Assembly: GCA_964187785.1 (NCBI GenBank)
Contig: OZ076409.1
Location: forward strand, 97,528,001-97,592,000
Reading direction: 5' to 3'
DNA: 64,000 bases
From: Amphiscolops sp. MND2022
Taxonomy: Eukaryota
The position numbers and the translations under genes are program-made. Numbering within the stretch: position 1 is the first letter of the stretch; each line of letters opens with the position of its first letter. The notes under the pieces were generated by a model, which saw nothing but the letters and a program-made list of their open reading frames with translations, did not search any database and had not been told where the DNA came from. This document shows positions 36,901 through 47,459 of the stretch, piece after piece.

Positions 36901-39900
36901 GAAGTGAAACGCGACTATTATAGTGACTCTTTTTTTAGTCGGCGCTTTTCTAAGGAAAAGTGCCCGACTCTTACAGTGGCTAGTTTTTTTTCTTTTTTTT
37001 CGTCAGACTACAATCTCACTCTGATTGGACCACTTTTCTTACAATCGAAACTACTAAAACTACTAGCATAAGAGGCCAAGTCCGGTCAGTGGAAATTAGT
37101 GCAAAAGGGTCCCCCCTTTCATTTTTTACTATTTTACCGTAGCCTACAAAACCGGACGAGACTAAAGGGTCCCCCCTTTCGACTTTTTTTTCGGCATTGT
37201 GCAACTTTTTTTTCAAAAATCTTTTAATGTATCAAAAGAGTCCACCTTTCGAGTTTTTTGATATTTTGCAACAGAGTATATGTCAATAAAGCCCAAAGGG
37301 TCCCCCCTTTTACATTTCTCGGCACTATGCGACATTTTCCGAAAGAAAAAAATTCAAAAAAAAGTCTTTTGCGCTTTTTGAGCCTTAGATATAGCGCCGA
37401 CTTTAGACGTTCCCGTCTTGTTTTTCTATCCACACGAACTGACCAAAATAGTTCTACAAAAGTTCTACAAAATATTATTGCATCAAAATGCACTATTTGG
37501 TCTAGCGAACTGAACCAAAAAGGTTTTTCCTGTTTTTCCGCGTAACAAACCATACCGGACGAGACCAAAGACTCCCCCCTTTCATTTTTTTCGGCACTGC
37601 GAGACTTTTTTTCGAAAAAAAATTTCTCCAAAGGGTCCCCCCTGCATTTTTTTGGCATTGTGAGATGTTTTGCGACAGAATGGATGTTGAAAAATCCCAA
37701 AGGGTCCCCCCTTTCAGATTTTTTTGGCATTGAGATTTTTTCCCGAAAATGAAAATTTTTGTTTTCTTCAATTTTTTCATGTTTTGCGACAGAATGGATG
37801 TTGAAAAACCTCAAATTGTCCTCCCTTTCAGTTTTTCGGCATTGTGAGACTTTAGCGCGCCACTCGGTCCATTTTTTTGAGTATGTAATTTTTTCGAAAA
37901 TTTTTTTCAAAAGATTTCGATTTTCGAGTACTGTAAAAGAGTACTTGACACTTGGAAGTCTTTTTGCTATTTTTGAGCCTTGGATATGGCGCCGACTTGG
38001 GCCGGTCCCGGCTTGTTTCAGTTCACTCTGAATGGCCCACTTTCTTGTTCATTTGTTAACTTTTTAGCCGAGATATTTTATTTCGGATATAACGTTTCAA
38101 AGTTCGGATGTAACGTTTTCAAGATTAATGTTCGGATGTAACGTTTTCGATGTTCGGATATAACGTTTTCAGAGTTCAGATATAACGTTTTCAAAATTCA
38201 GATATAACGTTTGCAAAGTTCAGATATAACGTTTTCAAAGTTCGGATATAACGTTTTCATTTTCCCCAATTTTTTCGATTCCCCCCCCCCCCCAAAAAAA
38301 AAATTTCACATAATTTGTTGAGCCTCAGATATGGCGCCAACTGGAGCCGTTCCCGGCTTGTTTTACAAAACTAGGAGCATGCAAGAAAACGAAGGCTCCG
38401 AATTATCTTAAACACGCAAAAAAACTTGGAAAACTTATTCAAACGCTCTCCTCATCTTGAAACCTGACTTCATCAAAATATCAATTCAGTAGAAAAACCC
38501 AATTCAATCATTACAAAAAGAGACAAATAAACACAAAAACAGACAGACAGAAGCAACGTGGGTAGCATTAATTCAGGCTCATTTTCACTCAAGTTCATGA
38601 AGGGACTGTTAAATTTATTACCAAACCAACAGGGTCCTTTTCCAAAGAGGTGTCTCTGAGAATTCACATCTGTTTACCAATCCGCTTGGCATACACAAGC
38701 CCCACACCTTTAAATGTACAAATAGTTACTGCATAATTGACAAATTTTTGGTATTACTCGGCGCTATGTTAAATTTAGACTTGGTGGGTTTTTATTGGTT
38801 TTTGAATCATTTTTTAATCGGTGCTTTTTGAAAAAGTCTTCACGCGTATTCTCCTAGGGAGTAATGTCCTAGAAGGTTTTTTAATCGGTGCTTTTTGAAA
38901 AAGTCTTCACGCGTATTCTCCTTGGGAGTAATGTCCTAGAAGGTTCTTTAATCGGTGCTTTTTGAAAAAGTCTTCACGCGTATTCTCCTTGGGAGTAATG
39001 TCCTAGAAGGTTTTTTAATCGGTGCTTTTTGAAAAAGTCTTCACGCGTATTCTCCTTGGGAGTAATGTCCTAGAAGGTTTTTTAATCGGTGCTTTTTGAA
39101 AAAGTCTTCACGCGTATTCTCCTTGGGAGTAATGTCCTAGAAGGTTTTTTAATCGGTGTTTTTTGAAAAAGTCTTCACGCGTATTCTCCTAGGGAGTAAT
39201 GTCCTAGAAGGTTTTTTAATCGGTGCTTTTTGAAAAAGTCTTCACGCGTATTCTCCTTGGGAGTAATGTCCTAGAAGGTTTTTTAATCGGTGCTTTTTGA
39301 AAAAGTCTTCACGCGTATTCTCCTAGGGAGTAATGTCCTAGAAGGTTTTTTAATCGGTGCTTTTTGAAAAAGTCTTCACGCGTATTCTCCTTGGGAGTAA
39401 TGTCCTAGAAGGTTTTTTAATCGGTGCTTTTTGAAAAAGTCTTCACGCGTATTCTCCTTGGGAGTAATGTCCTAGAAGGTTTTTTAATCGGTGCTTTTTG
39501 AAAAAGTCTTCACGCGTATTCTCCTAGGGAGTAATGTCCTAGAAGGTTTTTTAATCGGTGCTTTTTGAAAAAGTCTTCACGCGTATTCTCCTAGGGAGTA
39601 ATGTCCTAGAAGGTTTTTTAATCGGTGCTTCTTGAAAAAGTCTTCACGCGTATTCTCCTAGGGAGTAATGTCCTAGAAGGTTTTTTAATCGGTGCTTTTT
39701 GAAAAAGTCTTCACGCGTATTCTCCTTGGGAGTAATGTCCTAGAAGGTTTTTTAATCGGTGCTTTTTGAAAAAGTCTTCACGCGTATTCTCCTAGGGAGT
39801 AATGTCCTAGAAGGTTTTTTAATCGGTGCTTTTTGAAAAAGTCTTCACGCGTATTCTCCTTGGGAGTAATGTCCTAGAAGGTTTTTTAATCGGTGCTTTT

Positions 39901-42185
39901 TGAAAAAGTCTTCACGCGTATTCTCCTTGGGAGTAATGTCCTAGAAGGTTTTTTAATCGGTGCTTTTTGAAAAAGTCTTCACGCGTATTCTCCTTGGGAG
40001 TATTGTCCTAGAAGGTTTTTTAATCGGTGCTTTTTGAAAAAGTCTTCACGCGTATTCTCCTTGGGAGTAATGTCCTAGAAGGTTTTTTAATCGGTGCTTT
40101 TTGAAAAAGTCTTCACGCGTATTCTCCTAGGGAGTAATGTCCTAGAAGGTTTTTTAATCGGTGCTTTTTGAAAAAGTCTTCACGCGTATTCTCCTTGGGA
40201 GTAATGTCCTAGAAGGTTTTTTAATCGGTGCTTTTTGAAAAAGTCTTCACGCGTATTCTCCTAGGGAAGAATGTCCTAGAAGGTTTTTTAATCGGTGCTT
40301 TTTGAAAAAGTCTTCACGCGTATTCTCCTTGGGAGTAATGTCCTAGAAGGTTTTTTAATCGGTGCTTTTTGAAAAAGTCTTCACGCGTATTCTCCTTGGG
40401 AGTAATGTCCTAGAAGGTTTTTTAATCGGTGCTTTTTGAAAAAGTCTTCACGCGTATTCTCCTAGGGAGTAATGTCCTAGAAGGTTTTTTAATCGGTGCT
40501 TTTTGAAAAAGTCTTCACGCGTATTCTCCTTGGGAGTAATGTCCTAGAAGGTTTTTTAATCGGTGCTTTTTGAAAAAGTCTTCACGCGTATTCTCCTAGG
40601 GAGTAATGTCCTAGAAGGTTTTTTAATCGGTGCTTTTTGAAAAAGTCTTCACGCGTATTCTCCTTGGGAGTAATGTCCTAGAAGGTTTTTTAATCGGTGC
40701 TTTTTGAAAAAGTCTTCACGCGTATTCTCCTTGGGAGTAATGTCCTAGAAGGTTTTTTAATCGGTGCTTTTTGAAAAAGTCTTCACGCGTATTCTCCTAG
40801 GGAGTAATGTCCTAGAAGGTTTTTTAATCGGTGCTTTTTGAAAAAGTCTTCACGCGTATTCTCCTTGGGAGTAATGTCCTAGAAGGTTTTTTAATCGGTG
40901 CTTTTAGAAAAAGTCTTCACGCGTATTCTCCTAGGGAGTAATGTCCTAGAAGGTTTTTTAATCGGTGCTTTTTGAAAAAGTCTTCACGCGTATTCTCCTT
41001 GGGAGTAATGTCCTAGAAGGTTTTTTAATCGGTGCTTTTTGAAAAAGTCTTCACGCGTATTCTCCTTGGGAGTAATGTCCTAGAAGGTTTTTTAATCGGT
41101 GCTTTTTGAAAAAGTCTTCACGCGTATTCTCCTAGGGAGTAATGTCCTAGAAGGTTTTTTAATCGGTGCTTTTTGAAAAAAGTCTTCACGCGTATTCTCC
41201 TTGGGAGTAATGTCCTAGAATGACATTTCGTCCTATACACTTTCAGCCAATGCAATTTCAACCTATTGCATTTTCAACCGTCCGCAATTTCGACCTATAC
41301 TAATTCTGGTTAATGGATTATAATTAGTTATATAATTATTTGAGGTAGTTTCCATTTTCAAACATTTCTAAATCTAAATGTGCTAATTTTTACACCATTT
41401 TTGATACGTTTGGGCTTTTTCATGAATAATTACCAATAATTAAGGCTGTTTTATTCAATACCAACTATTATGATGAAATAATAGTTCAACCGAATGAAGA
41501 CGAAATAGCGGATTAAGACGAAATTAGTTAAGGTCGAAATTGCGGACGGTTGAAATGGCAACGGTTGAAATTGCATATATTGAAAGTGTATAGGACGAAA
41601 TGTTGAAAGCAGGATAATTGCATGAAAAAGAAATAGAAACCATTAACTGTTACCAGACAAAAGCGCCCAAAATACACAGACGAAAGCGCCTCAATCATGG
41701 TATTTGCTGACTCTTTTCCGCCACCAACTTTAAGTTCCCCGCTCCAATTAAATAATTATGCTTTTTCATTCTAAAACCGTTTATTGACTAGTTGCTTCAT
41801 TAGGAAAATAATATTTTGTTGACAGAAATGTCAAAATCAACAATTTAGGTCGATTCCAATTGGAATTTGTTAGGTGTGAAAATGTTAAACAGGGCATTAC
41901 CAGTGAACTTTTTTGTTCGATCACCTTCAATTAGATTTAATTAGAGGCGATGAAATCAGCTCAAAAATTAGCGAGGTGCTTCGTATCGAGGCGCTTTTGT
42001 CAGTACACGCTATAAACGTACTCACGGGGCAACGTGGAGAGAAGATTGACCATGGATCCCCCAGAAACGCCGATGGTGACGAACCCATGCAGTTTCAAAC
42101 TCTCATCACAAAGGGCATTTATCTTGGTGAGGAGAGCCTCCGTTAGAAGAGCCGAGTTTGCGTACTTGTGATGTAACAAAGTCAT
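27813..42185 (-). CDS. PGLS: 6-phosphogluconolactonase, 5 coding exons, 242 aa
   Basis: Exons 42185-42026, 36032-35911, 32719-32522, 30523-30383 and 27920-27813 total 729 nt in frame. Family motifs present: [57 protein letters not shown]...WLVD. Confidence 0.93.
30383..30523 (-). CDS. PGLS: PGLS exon 4 ([12 protein letters not shown])
   Basis: Acceptor gttgttgcag, donor AAA|GTTGGT. Confidence 0.9.
30819..31256 (-). pseudogene. hAT transposase C-terminal dimerisation-domain fragment
   Basis: DPLEFW...[26 protein letters not shown]...RCSL. Confidence 0.9.
31569..32080. mobile_element. MITE nested in the hAT element, 9-bp TSD
   Basis: TIR CAGAGATGTTA / TAACTTCTCTG; GTACTACAT on both sides. 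Confidence 0.75.
32522..32719 (-). CDS. PGLS: PGLS exon 3 ([13 protein letters not shown] catalytic motif)
   Basis: Acceptor cgtttcag, donor CAG|GTGAAC. Confidence 0.93.
33640..34150. repeat. Unclassified dispersed repeat family; also at about 17651-17920, 43115-43590 and 59440-59940
   Basis: Shared GAATGCAGGCGAAG...CATTCGCTCGCTTCATCTCAATGACGTCAGC...CACTGCCGAACAAAATATCTGAA. Confidence 0.8.
35911..36032 (-). CDS. PGLS: PGLS exon 2 (CDER motif)
   Basis: Acceptor ttctcttttcag, donor CAG|GTGAGA. Confidence 0.9.
36826..38362 (+). mobile_element. Three nested HINE-like elements; the outermost carries a 22-bp minisatellite at about 38083-38258
   Basis: Three stacked 5' termini (about 36826, 36882 and 36932) and three 3' termini (about 37421, 38017 and 38362). 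Confidence 0.8.
38810..41220. repeat. Satellite array, 36 x 67 bp, in PGLS intron 1
   Basis: Unit TTTTTTAATCGGTGCTTTTTGAAAAAGTCTTCACGCGTATTCTCCT(T/A)GGGAGTAATGTCCTAGAAGG; AATCG recurs at 38816, 38883, 38950 ... 41161. Confidence 0.98.
41223..41603. mobile_element. Fold-back MITE with about 75-bp TIRs, abutting the satellite
   Basis: ACATTTCGTCCTATACACTTTCA... / ...TGAAAGTGTATAGGACGAAATGT. Confidence 0.75.
42026..42185 (-). CDS. PGLS: PGLS coding exon 1 (MTLLHHKY...[14 protein letters not shown])
   Basis: SGGS motif; donor C|GTGAGT; an acceptor-like ttcctttcag lies 6 nt before the ATG. Confidence 0.85.
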
Positions 42186-45100
42186 ACTCTTCTGAAAGGA
42201 ATGAAAACTTTTCTTTTCACACTTTCTGAAGTCCGACTGCCTTATCCCACAAAATGGCTCTGGTTTTCTTTTCTTTGATGTTTTCGACATTAAAAAAAAA
42301 CTTTAAAGCCCAGAGTCATCCAATCAATTTTTTGGCATTGTGAAATTGAGAGAACTATCAAAAACAGTTCTTTAACGATTTAAAGTACTTTGCAGTCTTT
42401 GATCCTTAAGAGGGTACCAACTATGTCGTTCCTAATGGGTTGGATTCCATTTATAAAAAGGTTGGCTAAACTTGACTGCATCTGAATTTTTCATCCCAAT
42501 TTTCACGGTGTAGTGGTAAGAGCAACCGAGTGGCATTTGGACTGTAAAAAGTTTGAATCTCTCAATTTTTCGACCTTAAGCAAATCGTTGATGCCTAGCT
42601 AAGTGGCAAAAAATAAAGCGTTTGGTGAAGAAAAGGAAATAACTTTGAGCAAGTTACTCGAGCTGCAAACGTCATACCACAGCTTCGGGGCTCAACACTA
42701 TACCTGCAAACGAAACAATTTCCAGACAGTGACTAAACATATCCTTTCTACATTTTATTGTCCAAAAAATCTCATTTCATAAAATCCCTGCCAGACACAT
42801 TTTATTTCGAGGTAGATTTCTCAAAAACAATGGGAAAATGCAAACCATCGAGTTTTACCGGAAAATGTACAAACTTTGTTACTTGACATGAGGACAAAAA
42901 TCCTAAACAATTGAGAATTTCTATTTACTTCGTCAAAAATTGTCAATGAACGATTAATTACTCAAGTCAACACATGATCGAATACTACCAGAAAAATTAA
43001 AGTACCTACTCCTAAGAGAAAGACAAGATAAAATAAAGAAAAAACAGGCCGATCTGACTCTTCTGATAACATTCCATGGCATGTGGAAAAATAGCGAATG
43101 CCCTATTTAGAAAATAGGCCCCTGCGGGTCACAGTATTATTTCTGCTTTTTAGCCTTTCATGTTCATTAAAAGAAGCATATCTGGAATAATTAAACGCTC
43201 CTGTTTAATCATCGTATAGCGCACAATTAATCACTGTACCAGTTTACACAGCCTTTATTTCTTCTCGGACTGAAGAAAATATAACTACTAAGCGCAGTCG
43301 AAGTTTCGTATTCGCATTGGAATACAGGCGAAGCTCTCGGCGAACGAATAATTACCACTCGTTCGCTTCATCTCAATGAATCCGGCGTACGAAGGCATAA
43401 TTACCACTCGCTCGTTTCATCGCATGAGAAACGAATTGTCGTCGGCAGCTTGAGAAATTTAAATCCCACGCTTATACTCACTGCCGAACAAAATATTTGA
43501 ATTTTTCAGTAGGTACTCGAATCGGGTACGAAAAGTTGACTGATAAAAAGTTGCAAAGTTCAGATTCCAAGGTTAATCCTGCTATCGCAGATTAATAAAA
43601 AGCAGAACCGCTTAAAACAGGTGTCCACTGACGAAACGAACAAATGATTGTAGAAGGAAGAACCTCGATCGCTCATTTGTTAGATGAATACCAGCGCATT
43701 ACGATAGTTAATTTGGTCACATACGTTGCCAGAGGTTGCTTTTTTTAAAATTCAGACGGAAAAAAAAGCAAATATTGGTCCTGAATTTTCACAAACCTAT
43801 GTTCTGGGCAATCATGTAATCATTGACATTGTCCATAGTTAGTCTCAAAAGCCTGTTTAATTGCACGTTATCACTAGTTTCAGGAGATTTTTAAACATTC
43901 GATTGAAGTGAATATAAAACCTTTATATAAATATTTTTAAAAAATCAAACCTGAATCTGAAAAACCAATTTTTGCCATGAATCGCAATTTAACCACTTTA
44001 TTAACTTTTTGCACATTAGAGTTTACTTTTGTGGCCATTTGCACAAACTTCTTGAGAACACAATCAGATGAGTGGCTGGGAGTTCAGAAAAGATGCGGAA
44101 ACTAGATATGACTGCCTGGCCTTACTTGAACTTCTAAACCATTTCTGAATTTTGTGTTTGGCACTTAGAGTTTTGAACACAGAAATGACAAAATTTTCAT
44201 TTTCAAAATTGGTTTAAACAATTAGGTTTTTAAACCGAATCTGTTTAACAGGTTGGTTGATGGTTGAACACGTTTGGCAAACCATTTTAACCAATTTGTT
44301 GAGCCAATGGTTAAACAAATGGTTAAAATTTACAACACTGCTGTCGAGCTCAAACTGACTTTTCGGTTGGAGCTCCAAACCAATCATCGTATTGTGTTTT
44401 CAAGAACACTGAACGGGTATGCAGTATGTTTGCCAAAAAGAGGGCCACCTTTGCGTAGGATAAAATTTAAAGTCTTGGATTCATAATTGAAATCTTATGC
44501 ATTTTCGGGGAAGCTTTTGTGGTGTTGCGTTTTCCTCGCATAGCCCTCTCTCGGGAAACTTCAGCGTTTGTCGAGCGCATGTTGGGCGAGTCTTGTGCTA
44601 AACGAATGTTTTTTCACTGTATTACACAGTTTTCATTGAATTTTCATTTTCCAGTTAGATATTTCATTACATTCATAGAAGTCAACTATATCACGTAAAG
44701 TGTTTGTTTTTCAACTGACTCGATTGACTTGACCAAAAAGCAAATCTCAATTGAAAGTCCAATAAGTCTATCTATCTAATAATGAAATAAGTTTTTTATT
44801 TTCCGCTCACATATAATGGGGGAGGAAAATCATAATCTATGTTGCGTTTTTTTTCCAAATTCTGCCAAATCTCGACGATCTCCATCACTTAGTTACTTGA
44901 CTATTTTAGTTACTAGTATTTAATACTGAGTTTTACTAAGGAGGAGGCAGAGGTTCGAAAACAAGCGCTCTCATTTGTCTCAGAACGCTATATCCAAACT
45001 TTTCACATTATATTCAAATTTGATTGTGCTCTACTCTACTACGGGGGAAGCTGAGGTTCGAAACAATTGCGCTATATCCGAATTTTGACCTTACATCCGA

Positions 45101-47183
45101 CGTAAATTTTTTAAAACCAATTTCTTCAAATGTGCATCACATACACTCCCAAATTAGTCATTGTATTGTGGGAGACACGCCTAATACAGCCTACTGGGTA
45201 CGATGTCAACTGGATTATCTGATGGTGGAAATCTTGTGTTCAAAGTATGTACAAAATATCAACCCTTCGTTATTGGGCTAAAATCTTCATCACAGTTCCC
45301 AGTAGACACATGCTTGTTCAAATGCGGAGCCATGTGAACTACTGAGACACACGACTCAATTGTTGTTTTTCTCAACAACTAGCACTCGGGTAAGATCCTA
45401 AACAATAAACAAGCCGGGAACGGCCCAAGTCGGCGCCCCGCTCAAGTTTCAAAAAAGCAAAGTTTTTTAAATATGCAGAAGGACAGATTGTGAAAGTTTT
45501 TATCAAATATACAGGACCAGAAATACGCGAAGGGATACCCATAACACTCGACAAACGCTTTTATCCTAGCTCGAAGCATCAAAAACCCCATTTTTTTGAA
45601 ACGAAAACGTCGCCGATAAAAAGTTTTTTCTGAAAATGTCTCAAAGCCGAAAATCCCAAAAGGATACCCTTCAAGTTCACAAAACGAGCAAAAAATGTAA
45701 CAAGTGAAGCCGAAAAACCTAATGTAGCTCGCTTAGCTCGCAAAACGTATTGTTTCTGCTGGAATATCAAAGGGGATCCTTGAAAAAAATTCAGAAATTG
45801 CATACTGCCGAAAAAAAACCAAAGGTAGATCTTTTGGATTCCCCTCTACTTTGGCGAGCATAAGAACTTTTGATCAAGAGCGAGACTCGAACGTCTTTCT
45901 GCTTCCCAGACGTCAAAAAATCCGGATTAACTTATGTGCCAAGTGGTGAGTACTTATCATAAAAAAGCACCGTGCACAAAAAAAAACATTCAGAGTGAGA
46001 CTGACAAAAAAACTAGGCAATGTATTAGTCGGGCACTTCTCAATAATCGAAAAGCGCCAACTAAAAAGCACTAGTGTCGCTCTATCATTAGCATTGTTTT
46101 CATTTGTTCAGGCTCCCATTGAGCGGAAATTTGGCTTCCATCCGAAGATATATATAATTCACTTTGTGTAAACTAAAAGTTTCATTCTTGAATAAGTTCA
46201 ATTATCATTTTCGTTATGTTAAGCACGTTTTTCACAGGATTTACTCCCAGCACTTTCTACCATAAGCTACTAGAAGCGATAAAAAGTTGTTTCCACTCAG
46301 CTAAACAGCTAACGCGGAATTCTAGGCGAAATGACGGGGCCCGAAAATTAGGTTGCGTTTCCAATGAAACAGTTGAGTTTTAAATTTATTCTCAGGGTGA
46401 TAGTTTAGGATTCAGATACAAACTTTGTTCACACTTTTTCCCTATATAGTTACGCCTTTTTGATGAAGAAATAAACAGCTTCCTGTTTCGAGTCATCAAT
46501 AAACACTCAATGCGAACATAATTATAGTCAAAATGTGTGAACAATGTTTTGTTCAAGCGGAAAACTACTCTAATAGTGTGGAGACAACAAAACAAAGGAA
46601 AAGACTTTTTCGAAGAAATATTGAATGATATAGTCAAATATAATCCTTTATGTTGAGTTTGTTTTCTTTAAAAAAGTGTGGGGGAAAAGGAAAAAGAGCC
46701 TTAAAATTCACCTTTAAACTAAATTGCATTCCAGAACGACAAACGTTAAAAATGGTCAAAGGCTTCACGTTAAGTTTAAACTGTTGAAAGTGTGAACGAA
46801 ATTCAACCAAACAATTTCTGAATTTTCTCGGCACAGTCAACGAAAACTAAAAATGATTGAAAAAAATTAAAAATTTATAGTGAATACAGTCGACTTTCTG
46901 TCTCGGATTTCAAGAGATAGCGAATACGCTCAATAAGAACAGAAAGAAGCAATCTTCTGCATGTCTAATTTTGGGAGGGTTTACTTTCGGAAAGGTATCT
47001 GTCCATTTTCATAATTGATACTTTGTTTCTCAGGCACGTCTCAGTGGAAGTGCTCGTTACTGCAACTATCCATCGTCTGCAAAGACGTATCAGCAAGTCG
47101 ATGACTTTTCCTCAACGATAAATTCTCAAAATATGGAAAAGTCAGTCAGGTGGCAATATTAAAAAAACTGAACCAAAAATATT

Positions 47184-47329
47184 TCTTTAGTCAATTCGAA
47201 ATAACAACACAAAGGAAAGCTCAATAACAGTTTCAGTTCTTCAGTTCAACGTCTTTCAATCGAAGCGTGAAAAATTTGAACAAGTTCTTTTTCAGTTTCC
47301 GGTTTCGTTTTGGAAAGAAATTCTCAACA
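47184..47329 (-). repeat. Truncated 3' LTR of the BEL element
   Basis: Starts TGTTGAGAA right after the PPT; about 50 bp (47184-47233) is identical to the reverse complement of 53727-53776. Confidence 0.75.
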
Positions 47330-47459
47330 TCCTCCCGACGACGCAATGAGATGCAATGAGAGGGGTGTTTCGAAAGTAGAGATGAAAATGTACCGAACCA
47401 CAATGGATTTCATCTTTGAGACAGATGGAAATGAAATCGATTCAATGCTTACTTTGTTT

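Noticed and set aside
37224..37910. 228-aa ORF and many similar K/F-rich ORFs (…KGGTLWDF…, …LRYGADL…)
   Set aside because: Chance frames in HINE subrepeats; they recur in all frames and on both strands with no domain.
38810..41220. CRISPR-like regular array
   Set aside because: Units are contiguous and near-identical, with no unique spacers and no cas genes, in a eukaryotic intron. It is a satellite.
42186..42290. N-terminal extension of PGLS (MSKTSKKRK…)
   Set aside because: It lies upstream of a good acceptor in repeat-like sequence, and the protein from MTLL already has typical length. Not fully excluded.
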